Source of the DNA: Acidimicrobiia bacterium
Lineage (GTDB): Bacteria > Actinomycetota > Acidimicrobiia > Spongiisociales > ZC4RG35
Direction: 5' to 3'
Assembly (NCBI GenBank): GCA_041746105.1
Contig: JBGTHP010000025.1
Coordinates: forward strand, 154,682 to 218,681
Length of the DNA: 64,000 bases
The position numbers and the translations under genes are program-made. Positions 1 through 11,225 of this stretch are shown piece by piece; positions within the stretch are counted from its first letter, which is position 1; each line of letters starts with the position of its first letter. The notes beneath the pieces are model-generated. The model was not told where the DNA came from, made no database searches, and was given only the letters and a program-made list of their open reading frames with translations.

Positions 1-1
1 G

Positions 2-736
2 GCCTATCCGGCCTGGGATGGGAGCCCTGAGGGGTTTCGGAGAATGCCCGCTTCTTCCGAGCTGAACGTCGAGGGTGATACCCAATACCTCCACGTGACC
101 TCGAATGAAACCATCGGTGGTATCCGGATGGTTTCGCCGCCAGAAACCGAGGTCGCGCTGGTCGCCGACATGTCGTCCGATTATCTGTCTCGACCGATCG
201 ACTGGGATCGGCACGACCTCGTTTATGGAGGTGTTCAGAAAAACCTGGCGCCCGCCGGTATGGCAGTTGTGTTCGTCCGCGACTCGGTGGTCGGAGCCTC
301 AGAGCGCAATCTGCCGAAGTATCTGGACTACCGCTGGCACATCGATTCGAGTTCGCTCGGCAACACGCCGCCGATGTTTCCCATATATGTGATGGGGAAG
401 GTGCTTTCACGAGTCGAGGCGGCAGGAGGTCTTGGCGCGGTGGAGTCGGCATCGATCGAAAAAGCAAGCATGTTGTATGAGGCGATCGATGGATCGGGTG
501 GGTTCTATCGCAATCCTGTGGCCGTTGCCGATCGCAGTCTCATGAACGTCGTATTCAGGTTGCCGAGCGAGGAGCTCGAAGCCAAGTTTCTCGCCGGGGC
601 CGACGCCAGACGGATGATCGGCTTGAAAGGACATCGCAGCGTGGGAGGGTGCCGGGCTTCGCTGTACGCAGCGCTGGAGCTGGCGAGCGTGATGGAGCTG
701 GTGGAGTACATGGAGGAGTTCAGGGCTAGTTACTGA
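2..736 (+). CDS. serC: phosphoserine aminotransferase, C-terminal part (5' truncated at window edge)
   Basis: Frame is open to the window start. C-terminal motif LKGHRSVGGCRASLYAA is typical of SerC. Confidence 0.8.
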   Translation, partial: AYPAWDGSPEGFRRMPASSELNVEGDTQYLHVTSNETIGGIRMVSPPETEVALVADMSSDYLSRPIDWDRHDLVYGGVQKNLAPAGMAVVFVRDSVVGASERNLPKYLDYRWHIDSSSLGNTPPMFPIYVMGKVLSRVEAAGGLGAVESASIEKASMLYEAIDGSGGFYRNPVAVADRSLMNVVFRLPSEELEAKFLAGADARRMIGLKGHRSVGGCRASLYAALELASVMELVEYMEEFRASY

Positions 737-973
737 GGCGGTTGGGAGGGCTATACTCCGGCTGCAGAATTGAAGGACGCTACTGAAGAGGTGGGCGCCC
801 AGCCCACCTCTCGGTGTGTCATGACGACCGTTCTGGCGGCGAATTCCCGCCGGCCTACAACGGGAGTTGTGGGACGTCGAGGTGAGAAGGCGGACCGAGA
901 ACGCGGACCTAGAAGGCGCCGTTCCAGACGATCAGGAGCGGCAGCAGGCCGGAATGAGAATGTGAACGGACTG

Positions 974-1465
974 ATGACAGCAACAAATGAGCAGGAGCTG
1001 CGGGCTCTTCTCGAGCCGTGGCTAGGGGCTGAGGGCCTCGAACTCGATGATCTCGAGTTCGTCGGGGCTGGACGCTCGCGTTCGCTCAGGGTCACCATCG
1101 ACGGGGACGAACTCGATCTCGACCGGATTTCGGATGTGAGCCAGGGCCTTTCTCGGATACTCGATAGTGACGCCGATATCGAAGGCTCATATCAACTTGA
1201 AGTCACGTCGCCGGGACTCGAACGCAAGCTGCGAGTTCCTGCCCATTTTGCCAAGTCGGTCGGCCGAGAAACCAAAGTCAAGATAAGGCGCGACGAGGTC
1301 ACCACGTCGATTACAGGCGTCATCGAATCGGCGACCGATGAGTCCTTCGTCATCGCGACCGACGGCGGCACCGAATCAATCGCATATTCGGACCTGGTCT
1401 CTGCCAAGACCCTGTTCCGGTGGGAAAAGAACCCGAAACCGGGGAAGAAGGAGAATCGACGATGA
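974..1465 (+). CDS. rimP: ribosome maturation factor RimP
   Basis: LEPWLGAEGLELDDLEF...LRVTID...SPGLERKL motifs. Gene order is rimP-nusA-infB. True start is likely the internal ATG at 974; the listed ORF runs from 770. Confidence 0.8.
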   Translation: MTATNEQELRALLEPWLGAEGLELDDLEFVGAGRSRSLRVTIDGDELDLDRISDVSQGLSRILDSDADIEGSYQLEVTSPGLERKLRVPAHFAKSVGRETKVKIRRDEVTTSITGVIESATDESFVIATDGGTESIAYSDLVSAKTLFRWEKNPKPGKKENRR

Positions 1466-2583
1466 AGATCGACGCAGCCGTAATCGAAGCACTCGAGCTG
1501 CTCGAACGTGAACGCGGAGTCACAGTCGACACCATTCTCGACGCACTCGCCAACGCCCTGGTTTCTGCATACAAGCGGTCGCCGGGGGCGGCAGAAGAGG
1601 CGCGTGTGACGATCGACCCCGATTCGGGAGAGATCATCGTCTACGCCCAAGATCTCGATGAAGACGGCAACGTGATCAAGGAGTGGGAAGACACACCTGA
1701 TGGCTTCGGCCGGATCGCGGCCCAAACCGCCAAACAAGTGATCGCTCAACGCCTACGTGAGGCGAAACGGGAGCAGGTTTTTGATGTCTACGAAGGCCGC
1801 GAGGGTGATCTGATCACGGGGATCGTCCAGCAGGTCGACAACAAATTTGTCATTCTCGACCTCGGAGACGCCGAGGCGGTGATGCCGGGGTCCGAGCGGA
1901 TCCCTTACGAGCGACTAGAGCGAGGAAACCGAGCCAAGGCGATCATCCTCGAGGTACGCAACGAGGCCAAGGGTCCCCAGATCGTCGTCAGCCGATCGCA
2001 CCCCGACCTGGTGAGACGTCTGCTGGAACTCGAGGTCCCAGAACTCGTGGATGGCACCATCGAGATCAGCGCCATTGCTCGTGAACCAGGACACAGGACC
2101 AAGATCGCCGTCGTATCACACGATCCGCACGTCGATCCCAAAGGTGCATGTGTGGGCGCCCGGGGCTCGCGTGTGAGACAGGTGGTCAACGAGCTTCGTG
2201 GCGAGAAGGTCGATGTCGTTCAATACCGCGACGATGTCGGCAATTTCATCGCCGAGGCACTCGGACCGGCCAAAGTGCAAGAAGTCATCATCGACGAAGA
2301 AGCGAAGACGGCAACAGTAATAGTTAGCGATCACCAACTCTCCCTTGCGATCGGCAAGGAGGGTCAGAACGCTCGACTGGCAGCGAGGCTCTCCGGCTAC
2401 AAGATCGATATCCGGTCCGATCGCGTCGAGGAAGAGGTGGTCGCCGAGTCCGAGACAGAGGCGGAAGCGATCGCAGCACCCGAGGCGCCAGAAGCTGCCC
2501 CGGTCGAGATGGAGTCCGAGCCGACCGAGGCCGCCGAAGAAGTGTCGGCCATCGATGACGGTTCCGACGGAGAAGAGGAATAG
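1462..2583 (+). CDS. nusA: transcription termination/antitermination factor NusA
   Basis: MKIDAAVIEALELLERERGV... N-terminus. ATGA overlap with the rimP stop. RBS GAAGGAGAA upstream. Confidence 0.9.
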   Translation: MKIDAAVIEALELLERERGVTVDTILDALANALVSAYKRSPGAAEEARVTIDPDSGEIIVYAQDLDEDGNVIKEWEDTPDGFGRIAAQTAKQVIAQRLREAKREQVFDVYEGREGDLITGIVQQVDNKFVILDLGDAEAVMPGSERIPYERLERGNRAKAIILEVRNEAKGPQIVVSRSHPDLVRRLLELEVPELVDGTIEISAIAREPGHRTKIAVVSHDPHVDPKGACVGARGSRVRQVVNELRGEKVDVVQYRDDVGNFIAEALGPAKVQEVIIDEEAKTATVIVSDHQLSLAIGKEGQNARLAARLSGYKIDIRSDRVEEEVVAESETEAEAIAAPEAPEAAPVEMESEPTEAAEEVSAIDDGSDGEEE

Positions 2584-2586
2584 CTC

Positions 2587-4746
2587 TTGGCGAAGATGAG
2601 GATTTACGAGCTCGCTCGCGAGCTCGAATTGGAATCAAAGGACGTTTTGGAAAAAGCGGTAGCCCTCGGCTTCGAGGTGAAGACCGCCTCCTCGAGCATC
2701 GAGGCGACCGAGGCCGACAAACTGCGTAGTGAGTTGGGCGGAGCGCCCGCGGCTGAGACCCCAGCTCCCAAGACGGCTGAAACCGCAGCTCCCAAGACGG
2801 CAAAGACCGCAGTTCCCAAGGCGGCGAAGGCTACGGCACCCAGGGCTGCTTCAGCCGAGATGCCCGTTGAGGCACCCGCCAAGGCCGCGACAGATACGGC
2901 GGCGGCGAAGGCCGAGGAACCACCGGCACCGGCGGCAACAGCCGCCGAAGAGCCTGAGGCGGTGGCGGGCGAAGACGACCTCGAGCTCGTGGAGTTCACT
3001 GCCGGAGGGACCGTAGCCGAGTTTGCCGACGCGCTTGGTCAGCCTGTGAACGCCATCGTCAAGGAGTTGATGGTGAGGGGTCAGGCGGCCGGGGCCATTG
3101 CTGCCATGCCGGCCGAACTGATCGATGAAATTGCCCAGGGGTTCGGTGCCGTTGTTGTGTTGGCAGAGGCGAGCGAAGCACCGGCCGTGATGGCAACGCC
3201 CAAACCAAAGGCAAAGTTCGACGACGCCGAGGCCGATCTTCAACACCGTCCCCCTGTCATCACGGTCATGGGCCACGTCGACCACGGCAAAACAACCCTC
3301 CTCGACACGATTCGCAAGGCGAATGTCGTTTCTGGTGAGCAGGGAGGCATCACTCAGCACATCGGCGCCTATCAGGTCGAGGTGGGCGACAACAAACTCA
3401 CATTCATCGATACACCCGGCCACGCCGCATTCTCCGCCATGCGTGCCAGGGGCGCCGAAGTAACCGACATCGTGGTTCTGGTGGTCGCCGCCAATGACGG
3501 CGTGATGCCGCAAACGATCGAGGCGATCAGCCATGCCAGGGCTGCCGGAGTTCAGCTGGTGGTTGCGATCAACAAAACGGATCTTCCCGGAGCGGATCCG
3601 CTTCGGGTGCGGACAATGCTCACAGAGCACGGAGTCATCACCGAAGAGTTGGGTGGGGATGTACCTTCGGTTGAAGTGTCTGCACTCACCGGCGCAGGCG
3701 TTGACAACTTGCTCGAGGTCATCGATCTGATCTCTCAGTTGCAGGAGTTCAAGGCGAACCCAAAGCCGAAGGCTTCTGGGGTTGTGATCGAATCGCATCT
3801 CGATCCAGGCATGGGTCCGACGGCCACGGTCGTGATTCAGCGCGGAACGCTGAGCCAGGGTGACTCGTTTGTTTCTGGCGCTGTCGCCGGGCGCGCAAGG
3901 GCGATGATGGACCACGCCGGCGAGCGGCTGAAGTCGGCAGGACCGTCCAGCCCTGTTCTGATCATGGGATGGTCCGAGGTTCCGACTGCCGGTGACGCCT
4001 TCGAAGTTGTCGAGAGCGATCGAGAAGCTCGATCGATTGCGTCCGACCGCGAACAGGCGATTCGTGACAGAGATCACCAGATGCCAACTGCGGTCGACCG
4101 CCTCCAGAACCTGCTCGAACAGCTGCGGGGCGAAGACACCGAGCTGAGGGTGGTGGTCAAGGCTGATGCCCACGGTTCGATCGAGGCCCTCCGCGAAGCA
4201 ATCGTGAAGATCAAACGAGAAGACGGGTCGGTCAACATCGTCCACTCCGCGGTGGGTGGCATCAACGAAAACGATGTCACTTTGGCCGAGGTGACGAATG
4301 CCATCATCATCGGATTCAACGTCCGGCCCGAAGGCAAAGCCCGCAAGGCGGCCGAGGCCAAGGGCATCGACATCCGTACCTACGGCATCATCTACGAGCT
4401 GCTCGAGGACATCGAACGAATCCTGGTCGGAAGCCTCACACCCGACAGCCAGGAAGTGATTCTTGGCACCGCAGAAGTCAGGGCGCTCTTCAAGGTGCCA
4501 AAGGCCGGCACCATCGCCGGTTCCTACATCACAGAAGGTGTGATGCAGCGCAACGCCAAGGTTCGACTGATTCGCGATGGCGTCGTGATCCACACCGGGA
4601 CGCTCAGCTCCCTGCGGCGTTTCAAGGACGACGTCAGAGAGGTTGCCTCCGGTTTTGAATGCGGTATCGGGGTCGAGGGTTACAACGACCTCAAGGAATC
4701 CGACGTGATCGAGGCATTCGTTCTGCGGGAGGTTGCTCGCACCTGA
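2587..4746 (+). CDS. infB: translation initiation factor IF-2
   Basis: [13 protein letters not shown]-domain. Ala/Pro/Lys-rich N-terminal low-complexity region. Lies directly after nusA. Confidence 0.95.
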   Translation: MAKMRIYELARELELESKDVLEKAVALGFEVKTASSSIEATEADKLRSELGGAPAAETPAPKTAETAAPKTAKTAVPKAAKATAPRAASAEMPVEAPAKAATDTAAAKAEEPPAPAATAAEEPEAVAGEDDLELVEFTAGGTVAEFADALGQPVNAIVKELMVRGQAAGAIAAMPAELIDEIAQGFGAVVVLAEASEAPAVMATPKPKAKFDDAEADLQHRPPVITVMGHVDHGKTTLLDTIRKANVVSGEQGGITQHIGAYQVEVGDNKLTFIDTPGHAAFSAMRARGAEVTDIVVLVVAANDGVMPQTIEAISHARAAGVQLVVAINKTDLPGADPLRVRTMLTEHGVITEELGGDVPSVEVSALTGAGVDNLLEVIDLISQLQEFKANPKPKASGVVIESHLDPGMGPTATVVIQRGTLSQGDSFVSGAVAGRARAMMDHAGERLKSAGPSSPVLIMGWSEVPTAGDAFEVVESDREARSIASDREQAIRDRDHQMPTAVDRLQNLLEQLRGEDTELRVVVKADAHGSIEALREAIVKIKREDGSVNIVHSAVGGINENDVTLAEVTNAIIIGFNVRPEGKARKAAEAKGIDIRTYGIIYELLEDIERILVGSLTPDSQEVILGTAEVRALFKVPKAGTIAGSYITEGVMQRNAKVRLIRDGVVIHTGTLSSLRRFKDDVREVASGFECGIGVEGYNDLKESDVIEAFVLREVART

Positions 4747-5039
4747 TGCAGGCTGCCGCTCTGCGTCTTGAATTGCGGTTCCCTGAAGCTCAATCGCTCA
4801 AGGAGAAGCGCAGGATCCTCAAGCCTCTCAAAGAGGGACTACACAACACTCTGTCGATCAGTTTGGCCGAGGTCGATCACCAAGACGACTGGCAACGAGC
4901 AACTTTGGGCATGGCGATAGTGGCCAGAGATGGTGCGAAGCTGGACCGTCTGATAGATCGGATGAGTGGCTACGTTGACAAGAACAGCGAGATCGAAGTG
5001 ATCGACCTGCGCATCTCATATCTGGAGGACCCGGTTTGA
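4746..5039 (+). CDS. DUF503 (YlxP-like) protein
   Basis: Small ORF between infB and rbfA in the conserved position. Internal ATG at 4746 overlaps the infB stop. Confidence 0.7.
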   Translation: MQAAALRLELRFPEAQSLKEKRRILKPLKEGLHNTLSISLAEVDHQDDWQRATLGMAIVARDGAKLDRLIDRMSGYVDKNSEIEVIDLRISYLEDPV

Positions 5040-5398
5040 GCAATCCCAACTTCTCGCGTATGGAGCGGGTGAACTCGATTGTCAAGGAAGTGGTCGCAGA
5101 AGAGGTGGAGAACCTCAAGGATCCCAGGCTCGAGATGGTCACCATCACCGGCGTCGATACTCATCCGAACCTGCGTGAGGCCACGGTGTATTTTTCGATG
5201 CTCGATCTCAGTCAGGTCGAGGGGGCGAGGGACGCGTTCGAAAAGGCAAGTCCCCGGTTGCGTAAGGTTCTCGGAGATCAGGTCAGGATGAAATACACCC
5301 CTGCCCTGCATTTTCAGGTCGATTCCGGCGTGACATCTGGGAACAGAATCGACATGATCCTGCGGACACTGGCGACGGGTGAGAGCGAGGAAGAGTGA
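5036..5398 (+). CDS. rbfA: ribosome-binding factor A
   Basis: Typical RbfA size and position downstream of infB. MERVNSIVKEVVAEEV motif. Confidence 0.85.
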   Translation: MSNPNFSRMERVNSIVKEVVAEEVENLKDPRLEMVTITGVDTHPNLREATVYFSMLDLSQVEGARDAFEKASPRLRKVLGDQVRMKYTPALHFQVDSGVTSGNRIDMILRTLATGESEEE

Positions 5399-6381
5399 TC
5401 TCCGAAAGCGAAATGAAGCGGGCGGTTGAAGCGATCGAGGGAGCCCGGTCCATCGTTCTCGCCTGCCATGTGGGCCCTGACGGCGACGCCCTTGGTTCGA
5501 TGCTGGGAATGGCCGTCCTGGCACGGCAGGCCGGCAAAGAGGTGTTCCCTTCCTTTGGTGAGCCTTTTGTCGTTGGGGACGCCTACCGATACCTACCGCT
5601 CGACCTACTCGTTCCTCCTGGTTCGGTACCGGCGGCGCCGGAGCTGATGCTGACATTTGACGCCGGATCCGCCGATCGTCTCGGTTCGCTCGCTTCTCAA
5701 GCGGAGAGCGCCAAGACGCTCATAGTTGTCGATCATCACGTGTCGAATACCGGCTTCGGGCATATCAACCTGATCGACGCAAAGGCTGCCGCCACCGCCG
5801 AGGTCTGCCACAGGCTGATCGGGTTTCTCGGATGGGAGATCGATGCGGTGTCGGCTACATGTTTTCACACCGGCCTGGTCACGGACACCGGTCGATTCCA
5901 GTATTCGAACACGAGTCCGTCCACTCTTCGAGTGGCGGCCGACATGGTCGAAGCCGGTGCCCGCCCCGAGGTGGTGGGTCGCCATGTCTACGAAGAAGCG
6001 CCGTTCGGTTATCTGGCCGTAGCCGGGGCCGTACAGGGACGTGCCCAGCTCGATCCCGAGCGGAGACTCGTGTGGTCGACGCTCTTGTTGGACGATCTGG
6101 CCTCGGCCGGGATCGGCCTGGACGATACCGATGGACTGATTGACGCGATCAGGATCGCAACAGAAGCTGACGTTGCGATGCTCCTGAAACAACTCGGAGA
6201 CACCAGGGTAAAAGCGAGCCTCCGCTCACGGGGTCGGGTCGATGTTGGGGCGATTGCGGTCGATTTCGGGGGAGGCGGGCATCACAACGCCAGCGGATTC
6301 ACCTATTCGGGAACACCGGAGCAGGTGGTCGAAGAAGTTCGCAGTCGTCTGGATGCGGTCGGACCGTCAACGGTCAGATGA
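5395..6381 (+). CDS. nrnA: DHH-family phosphoesterase (NrnA-like oligoribonuclease / pAp phosphatase)
   Basis: HVGPDGDALGS and VDHH motifs. Conserved position before truB. Confidence 0.8.
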   Translation: MISESEMKRAVEAIEGARSIVLACHVGPDGDALGSMLGMAVLARQAGKEVFPSFGEPFVVGDAYRYLPLDLLVPPGSVPAAPELMLTFDAGSADRLGSLASQAESAKTLIVVDHHVSNTGFGHINLIDAKAAATAEVCHRLIGFLGWEIDAVSATCFHTGLVTDTGRFQYSNTSPSTLRVAADMVEAGARPEVVGRHVYEEAPFGYLAVAGAVQGRAQLDPERRLVWSTLLLDDLASAGIGLDDTDGLIDAIRIATEADVAMLLKQLGDTRVKASLRSRGRVDVGAIAVDFGGGGHHNASGFTYSGTPEQVVEEVRSRLDAVGPSTVR

Positions 6382-7241
6382 TGGTCGACGGCTTCCTCGT
6401 CGTCGACAAGCCCGCTGGCCGCAGCTCACACGACGTCGTAGCTGCGGTCCGTCGTGTTGTGGGGATGAAGAAGGCGGGCCATGCCGGCACGCTCGATCCG
6501 ATGGCGACCGGAGTATTGGTGGTGGGTCTGGGTCGTTGCACACGCCTGATCAGATTCATCCAGGATCAAGACAAGGTGTACGAAGCAGTTGCCCGCTTCG
6601 GGGTGGCAACCGACAGTCTCGATGCCGACGGCACAGAAACCGGCCGGAACCCGCTCCCGGTGAACCGAGTGGACCTCGAAGCGATCGTGCCTCAATTCCT
6701 CGGGACGATTCTCCAGGTGCCTCCCATGGTGTCTGCGCTCAAACACCGAGGCAAGAGGCTCTACGATCTGGCCCGCGAGGGCGTGGAAGTCGAAAGAGAG
6801 GCGCGACCCGTGGAGATCCACGAACTGACAATCACATCCCTCGAACAGGGCGATTATCCACTGGTGGGGCTTCGGGTGCGTTGTGGTACCGGCACCTACG
6901 TTCGGAGCCTCGCCGACGACATGGCGGCGGCACTGGGAGGAAGGGCGCACCTGACAGCGCTTCGTCGCACGACCACGGGAACGTTGAATCTGGACGACGC
7001 AGTGGCGTGGGACCGGCTCGACGATTGGGAACGACACCTGATCGCCCCGGCACGAGGTCTCAGGCACATGCCTTCCGTCGCCACTGACGATTCCGCGGCT
7101 GTTCGCAGTGGTCGGTCGATCTCGGCCCCTCACGAATTGGCACCAGGAGAGAACTTTCTTGTCGTAGACGCCGATGACAAGCTCCTCGCGGTTTATGGGG
7201 TGGTCGACGACCTGGCACGACCACAAGTGGTCTTGTCATGA
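6378..7241 (+). CDS. truB: tRNA pseudouridine(55) synthase
   Basis: GFLVVDKPAGRSSHDVV...GHAGTLDPMATGVLVVG motif. Confidence 0.9.
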   Translation: MMVDGFLVVDKPAGRSSHDVVAAVRRVVGMKKAGHAGTLDPMATGVLVVGLGRCTRLIRFIQDQDKVYEAVARFGVATDSLDADGTETGRNPLPVNRVDLEAIVPQFLGTILQVPPMVSALKHRGKRLYDLAREGVEVEREARPVEIHELTITSLEQGDYPLVGLRVRCGTGTYVRSLADDMAAALGGRAHLTALRRTTTGTLNLDDAVAWDRLDDWERHLIAPARGLRHMPSVATDDSAAVRSGRSISAPHELAPGENFLVVDADDKLLAVYGVVDDLARPQVVLS

Positions 7242-8173
7242 AGACGGTTTTGACAGGAGACCCGTTCAACTGGAGCGTGGAGCGCCCCACGTCCATCGCG
7301 ATCGGAGTCTTCGATGGTGTTCATCGAGGGCACCAGGCCGTCATGTCGGGCGTCGTCGAGAAGGCCGGCCGACTCGGCCTGATGCCGATTGCGCTCACCT
7401 TTGAGCCCCACCCCCTCGAGTTCTTGGCTCCAGAGCGCGCTCCCAAGCTGCTCACGGCCATCGATCACCGCGTCGAGTTGCTCGGCCAATGTGGGGTAGA
7501 TGTTGTTGGAGTCCTCCCTTTTTTCCAGATTCGTGACCTGCAACCGGAGGTGTTCGCAACCGAGATCCTGAGCAGTCGCCTCAGAGCCGGTTTGGTTGCC
7601 GTCGGTGGGGATTTTCGTTTTGGACAAGAACGGCGAGGCGATGCTGATCTCTTGGGCCGAGTGGGAGAGGTGTCCGGTTTTGAAGTGGAGCTCGTCTCCC
7701 CGGTCACAGCCGCCGACGGCGAGGTGGTGTCCTCGACCAAGATCCGCGCAATCCTGGGAGACGGTGACGTGATCGAGGCAGCCCGTATGTTGGGCAGGCC
7801 GTTTGCAATGCGAAGTGTTGTCATCCACGGCGACGGGCGGGGCCGTCAGATAGGTTTCCCCACGGCGAATCTGCGATCTCAGGAGCGGATGATGGTGCCG
7901 CGGGACGGCGTCTACGCGGCGATGGCCTCCTGGGAAGGTGAGGTTTGGGATGCGGTCGTCAATGTTGGAGTGCGGCCGACCTTTGGAGTAAACCAGCGGA
8001 CTGTTGAGGCCCACGTCATCGGTTTCGACGGTGATCTCTATGGAAGGGAACTCACCCTCTCCTTCGTCCAGAGGATCAGGGAGGAGAAAAAATTCGACAG
8101 TGTCGTTGAACTGTCGAATCAGATCGCTCGCGACCGAGAGGCCGCTCGGATGCTCCTGGGCCACGCTCGATGA
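7238..8173 (+). CDS. ribF: bifunctional riboflavin kinase / FAD synthetase
   Basis: IGVFDGVHRGHQ nucleotidyltransferase motif plus a C-terminal riboflavin kinase domain. Confidence 0.9.
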   Translation: MKTVLTGDPFNWSVERPTSIAIGVFDGVHRGHQAVMSGVVEKAGRLGLMPIALTFEPHPLEFLAPERAPKLLTAIDHRVELLGQCGVDVVGVLPFFQIRDLQPEVFATEILSSRLRAGLVAVGGDFRFGQERRGDADLLGRVGEVSGFEVELVSPVTAADGEVVSSTKIRAILGDGDVIEAARMLGRPFAMRSVVIHGDGRGRQIGFPTANLRSQERMMVPRDGVYAAMASWEGEVWDAVVNVGVRPTFGVNQRTVEAHVIGFDGDLYGRELTLSFVQRIREEKKFDSVVELSNQIARDREAARMLLGHAR

Positions 8174-8547
8174 CTCGGCACATTCATTCTGCCTCGCCAT
8201 TCGAATCCCGTTACGGGTTCAGCCGGGCCCTGCGAGAGGGGTCTCGGATCGAAGTTGCCGGCACCGCGCCCATCCCACAGGACGGGAGCACCGTGCCTCA
8301 GGCCGCTTTCGACCAAATGCTCCTTTGCGGGTCCATCGCGAAGGCAGCGATCGAAAGTCTGGGGGGTGGTCGCGTTATCCGCACGAGAATGTTCATCATC
8401 GATGCCGGCGATGCAGATGAGATCGGTCGCGCCCATCGCCAGCTTTTCGGCACCGACGATCCGGTGGCGACCATGGTTGTCGTCCGGGGTTTGCTCGACG
8501 CTTCCTGGAAGGTCGAAATCGAGGTTGAGGCGGTGGCCACCGACTGA
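8170..8547 (+). CDS. RidA/YjgF-family protein
   Basis: Size and hydrophobic core consistent with RidA. Stop/start overlap with ribF. Confidence 0.65.
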   Translation: MTRHIHSASPFESRYGFSRALREGSRIEVAGTAPIPQDGSTVPQAAFDQMLLCGSIAKAAIESLGGGRVIRTRMFIIDAGDADEIGRAHRQLFGTDDPVATMVVVRGLLDASWKVEIEVEAVATD

Positions 8548-8591
8548 TCGTCGGTGACGCTCAACCCAGGGTTGCTGGCACAATACGGACT

Positions 8592-10652
8592 GTGGAGCGC
8601 CAGTCACGCGACACCGAGGTGATCGCAGCGGTCGTAGTAGGTGACGATCGCCCGGTTCCGGGCGCTCCGGCCGGATTCGAACCGCGCAAGCGCCGGTTGG
8701 CGGCTCTGGTCGTCGTCGCCGGCATTCTGGTCGTCGTCGGCGCTCTTGCGATCAACGTCGAAGGGGAGCCACCTGTCGAGACGAGCGGGGACCTGCAAGC
8801 GCCGGCCGAACCAATACAGGTGCAGCAGGCGCCGATCGTGCCTGCCGTCACCGACCCCGTGCCCGAACTTGCCCGGCGGTGGGCACAACTCGGGCTGCCT
8901 GGTCATGCCGCTTCCGTCGATGGGGGAGACTCCGGCTGGATCGTGGCGTTATCAGGAGACGTGGGGCTATCGGTGGTGACCTCGGCGGATGGGGTCACGT
9001 GGCGTCTCAAAACGATAGACGCCCGCGGCTGGCACACGGTGGTTCATTCCGATTCGCGGGGTCTCTGGCTCGCCACCGCTTCCGAAGCTTCTTCTGAGAT
9101 GTGGCGTTCCGTTGATGGAGGAGGGAATTGGGAGTTGGAACCGCTGCCGGACGAGTCAGGATGGGTGCTCTGGATCGGAGAGGCGGGTGGCGAAACCTAC
9201 GCCGCCGGAATGATCGGATCTCGTCCGTGGACGCCGGGGGAGCCGGCACTCTGGCGGCATCGCCAGGGATGGGAGAGGGTGTCGGTAAAAGGCGGGCGGA
9301 CCGCCCTATATGAGCGACCGAATGCCGACGGTTGGGTTGCGTCTGTCGTCGAATGGCAAGGCGAGGTCTACGCGCTCGGCTCATCGCTGGGTCCGACCGT
9401 CTGGTCGCTCGAATCCGAGAACAGGGTGTTGGTTGGCAACATCGGGTCGGGAGGGTTTGTGAGCGCCGTCGTTCACGATGACAAGTTGTGGGGCACGTTG
9501 GCACTCGAACCATTTGGCGAGGGTCAGCTGATGAAGGGGGCGAGTCCTCAACGTTGGGGGGTGTCACAACCGCTGGCCCAGGGTTCGAGACTCGAGGTCA
9601 TGGACGGTGTTTTGACGATTCTTCGGGGAAATCAGTTGCTGGCGGTTGGTGAGAGTGTGGTCCCGATATACGAGAGATATGAGGGGCTGCCAACCGGTCG
9701 CGAGGGCAGCCATTCGGTATCCGCAATGGCGGGTTGGGGGGCCGACTCGGTGATCGTCGGATATGTGAACGGAGACGTTGCGCTCTGGGTTCGCAAAGAT
9801 GGGAGCGCCTCGGAGCCGGTGTTGGCCCAGAATGAGATGACCTGGGCACCTGTGACCCAGTTGCCCGGTCATGTGATGGGCACGGTGCGCTGGCACGACC
9901 GCGTCTTGTTCAGCACAGAACACGGCGTTTGGGAGGCGACCAGTGATGGGCTCGAGTGGATCGGCCAAATTCAGTCTGGGGGCGGGTGGAACGATTTCCT
10001 CCCCACCGAGGATTCGTTGTTCATCTCCACCCCGATCGGTCTCTGGCGGCTCGACGGTGTGGGCCTCGTCAAGGTCGACGTTCCCCTCGATGCACCGACC
10101 CAGGTGGCCATGGTTGGTGACTCGATGCGGATCGGAACCGTCGACAACCGCCTATGGGAACTGGGAGCTGACGGCTGGGAAGACCTCGGATTTTCCTCGC
10201 AACCCATCGTCGGTTCGGTTCCAGGGGCCTTTGTGGTGGCGAGCTCGGAGGGGTTCGGGCTCACCGACGACGGTCGAGAGATCGTTGTCGCTCCAGAGTT
10301 GTCATGGGGCCAATCCGGGGTTCCCTTCTTCGTGATCGACAGAACCCCGGACTCGACGTTGATTCGTCTGATCGAGGCCTGGCCGGATGGTCGGGAGTTG
10401 AGGGTGCCGACCAGAACACCGAACCAGGTGCTGGTGATCGGTCGAGAGATTCGTGTGCGTTCGGCCACGGAGTTGCTCGTCTCGACCGACGATGGGGCGA
10501 GCTGGCTGGGTTTCCCGGCCGCGCTCGAGTCACACCTGCCGCTCGGGGCGGTGATGTTGCCAACTGATGAGGTAGCCGTCGCCGGCCAGATCGAGGATGG
10601 AAGTGCATGGGTTTTCCATCCGACGTCGGGCCCGAGGCAGTGGCACCGCTAG
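8592..10652 (+). CDS. membrane-anchored BNR/Asp-box repeat protein (Ycf48/sialidase-like beta-propeller)
   Basis: N-terminal transmembrane helix ([19 protein letters not shown]). Several S-x-D-G-x-x-W Asp-boxes ([23 protein letters not shown]). GTG start. Confidence 0.6.
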   Translation: MERQSRDTEVIAAVVVGDDRPVPGAPAGFEPRKRRLAALVVVAGILVVVGALAINVEGEPPVETSGDLQAPAEPIQVQQAPIVPAVTDPVPELARRWAQLGLPGHAASVDGGDSGWIVALSGDVGLSVVTSADGVTWRLKTIDARGWHTVVHSDSRGLWLATASEASSEMWRSVDGGGNWELEPLPDESGWVLWIGEAGGETYAAGMIGSRPWTPGEPALWRHRQGWERVSVKGGRTALYERPNADGWVASVVEWQGEVYALGSSLGPTVWSLESENRVLVGNIGSGGFVSAVVHDDKLWGTLALEPFGEGQLMKGASPQRWGVSQPLAQGSRLEVMDGVLTILRGNQLLAVGESVVPIYERYEGLPTGREGSHSVSAMAGWGADSVIVGYVNGDVALWVRKDGSASEPVLAQNEMTWAPVTQLPGHVMGTVRWHDRVLFSTEHGVWEATSDGLEWIGQIQSGGGWNDFLPTEDSLFISTPIGLWRLDGVGLVKVDVPLDAPTQVAMVGDSMRIGTVDNRLWELGADGWEDLGFSSQPIVGSVPGAFVVASSEGFGLTDDGREIVVAPELSWGQSGVPFFVIDRTPDSTLIRLIEAWPDGRELRVPTRTPNQVLVIGREIRVRSATELLVSTDDGASWLGFPAALESHLPLGAVMLPTDEVAVAGQIEDGSAWVFHPTSGPRQWHR

Positions 10653-10728
10653 CGTTCAGGATTCGCCCGACGCACGGGCCGTGGTATCATCCGTCCATTC
10701 CATTTCGACGAATTCAGGTTCAACGCGC

Positions 10729-10986
10729 ATGAAGACAACCCAAGAGATCATCACAGAGTTCGGAACACATCCGTCGGACACCGGTTCGCCGGAGGTACAG
10801 GTGGCGCTGATGACCGAGCGGGTCACTCATCTGACCGAACATCTGCGAGAGCACAAACACGACCACCATGGTCGACGCGGCCTGCTCATGATCGTCGGGA
10901 AACGTCGTCGTATGCTCAACTACCTGAAACGTCAAGATGTGGAGCGCTACAGAAAGCTGATCGCGGACCTCGGCCTGCGTCGCTGA
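10729..10986 (+). CDS. rpsO: 30S ribosomal protein S15
   Basis: [12 protein letters not shown]...[34 protein letters not shown]. Upstream of pnp. Confidence 0.9.
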   Translation: MKTTQEIITEFGTHPSDTGSPEVQVALMTERVTHLTEHLREHKHDHHGRRGLLMIVGKRRRMLNYLKRQDVERYRKLIADLGLRR

Positions 10987-10995
10987 AAAAGGTTT

Positions 10996-11030
10996 GAGAG
11001 GAGCGGCTGACCGCTCCTCTCCTGGTTTCG
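10996..11030 (+). terminator. intrinsic terminator-like hairpin after rpsO (in pnp leader)
   Basis: Perfect 11-bp stem GAGAGGAGCGG, loop ctga, then CCGCTCCTCTC followed by tggTTTcgg. Confidence 0.55.
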
Positions 11031-11225
11031 GACAACCCGGCCGTCATTCCGACGGGCCGAGGAACGAAACCGAAGATCCAACCGCAAGGTTGGGATCAGG
11101 TCTGGTCGGTCATCGGCCCACCGGACCACCAACTACACCGAGCCGATACCGGTTGCTAGTTGTGACTCCTCCCCCCGAGGGGTGACCACTGGTAACAGGG
11201 CCGGCTCCAGAATGAAGGAGAAACC

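Noticed and set aside
770-973. Upstream 68 codons of the rimP ORF (starting at 770).
   Set aside because: This stretch is poorly protein-like (RRGEKADRERGPRRRRSRRSG). The conserved RimP sequence begins at the internal ATG.
2700-3000. Ala/Pro/Lys-rich repetitive N-terminal region of IF-2 ([26 protein letters not shown]).
   Set aside because: This is a normal feature of actinobacterial IF-2 N-termini and is not a separate element.
2851-4593. 580-aa minus-strand ORF antisense to infB. Similar long antisense ORFs include 11895-13586 opposite pnp, 13318-14613, 24113-24910 opposite the aldehyde DH, 26018-26662, 6426-7226 and 7193-8200.
   Set aside because: They are antisense to strongly conserved genes. 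Their translations are Arg/Pro/Gly-rich low-complexity strings typical of out-of-frame reading in high-GC DNA. No motifs were recognised.
6242-7087. 281-aa plus-strand ORF overlapping truB in another frame.
   Set aside because: It is an Arg-rich artefact. truB in its own frame is fully conserved.
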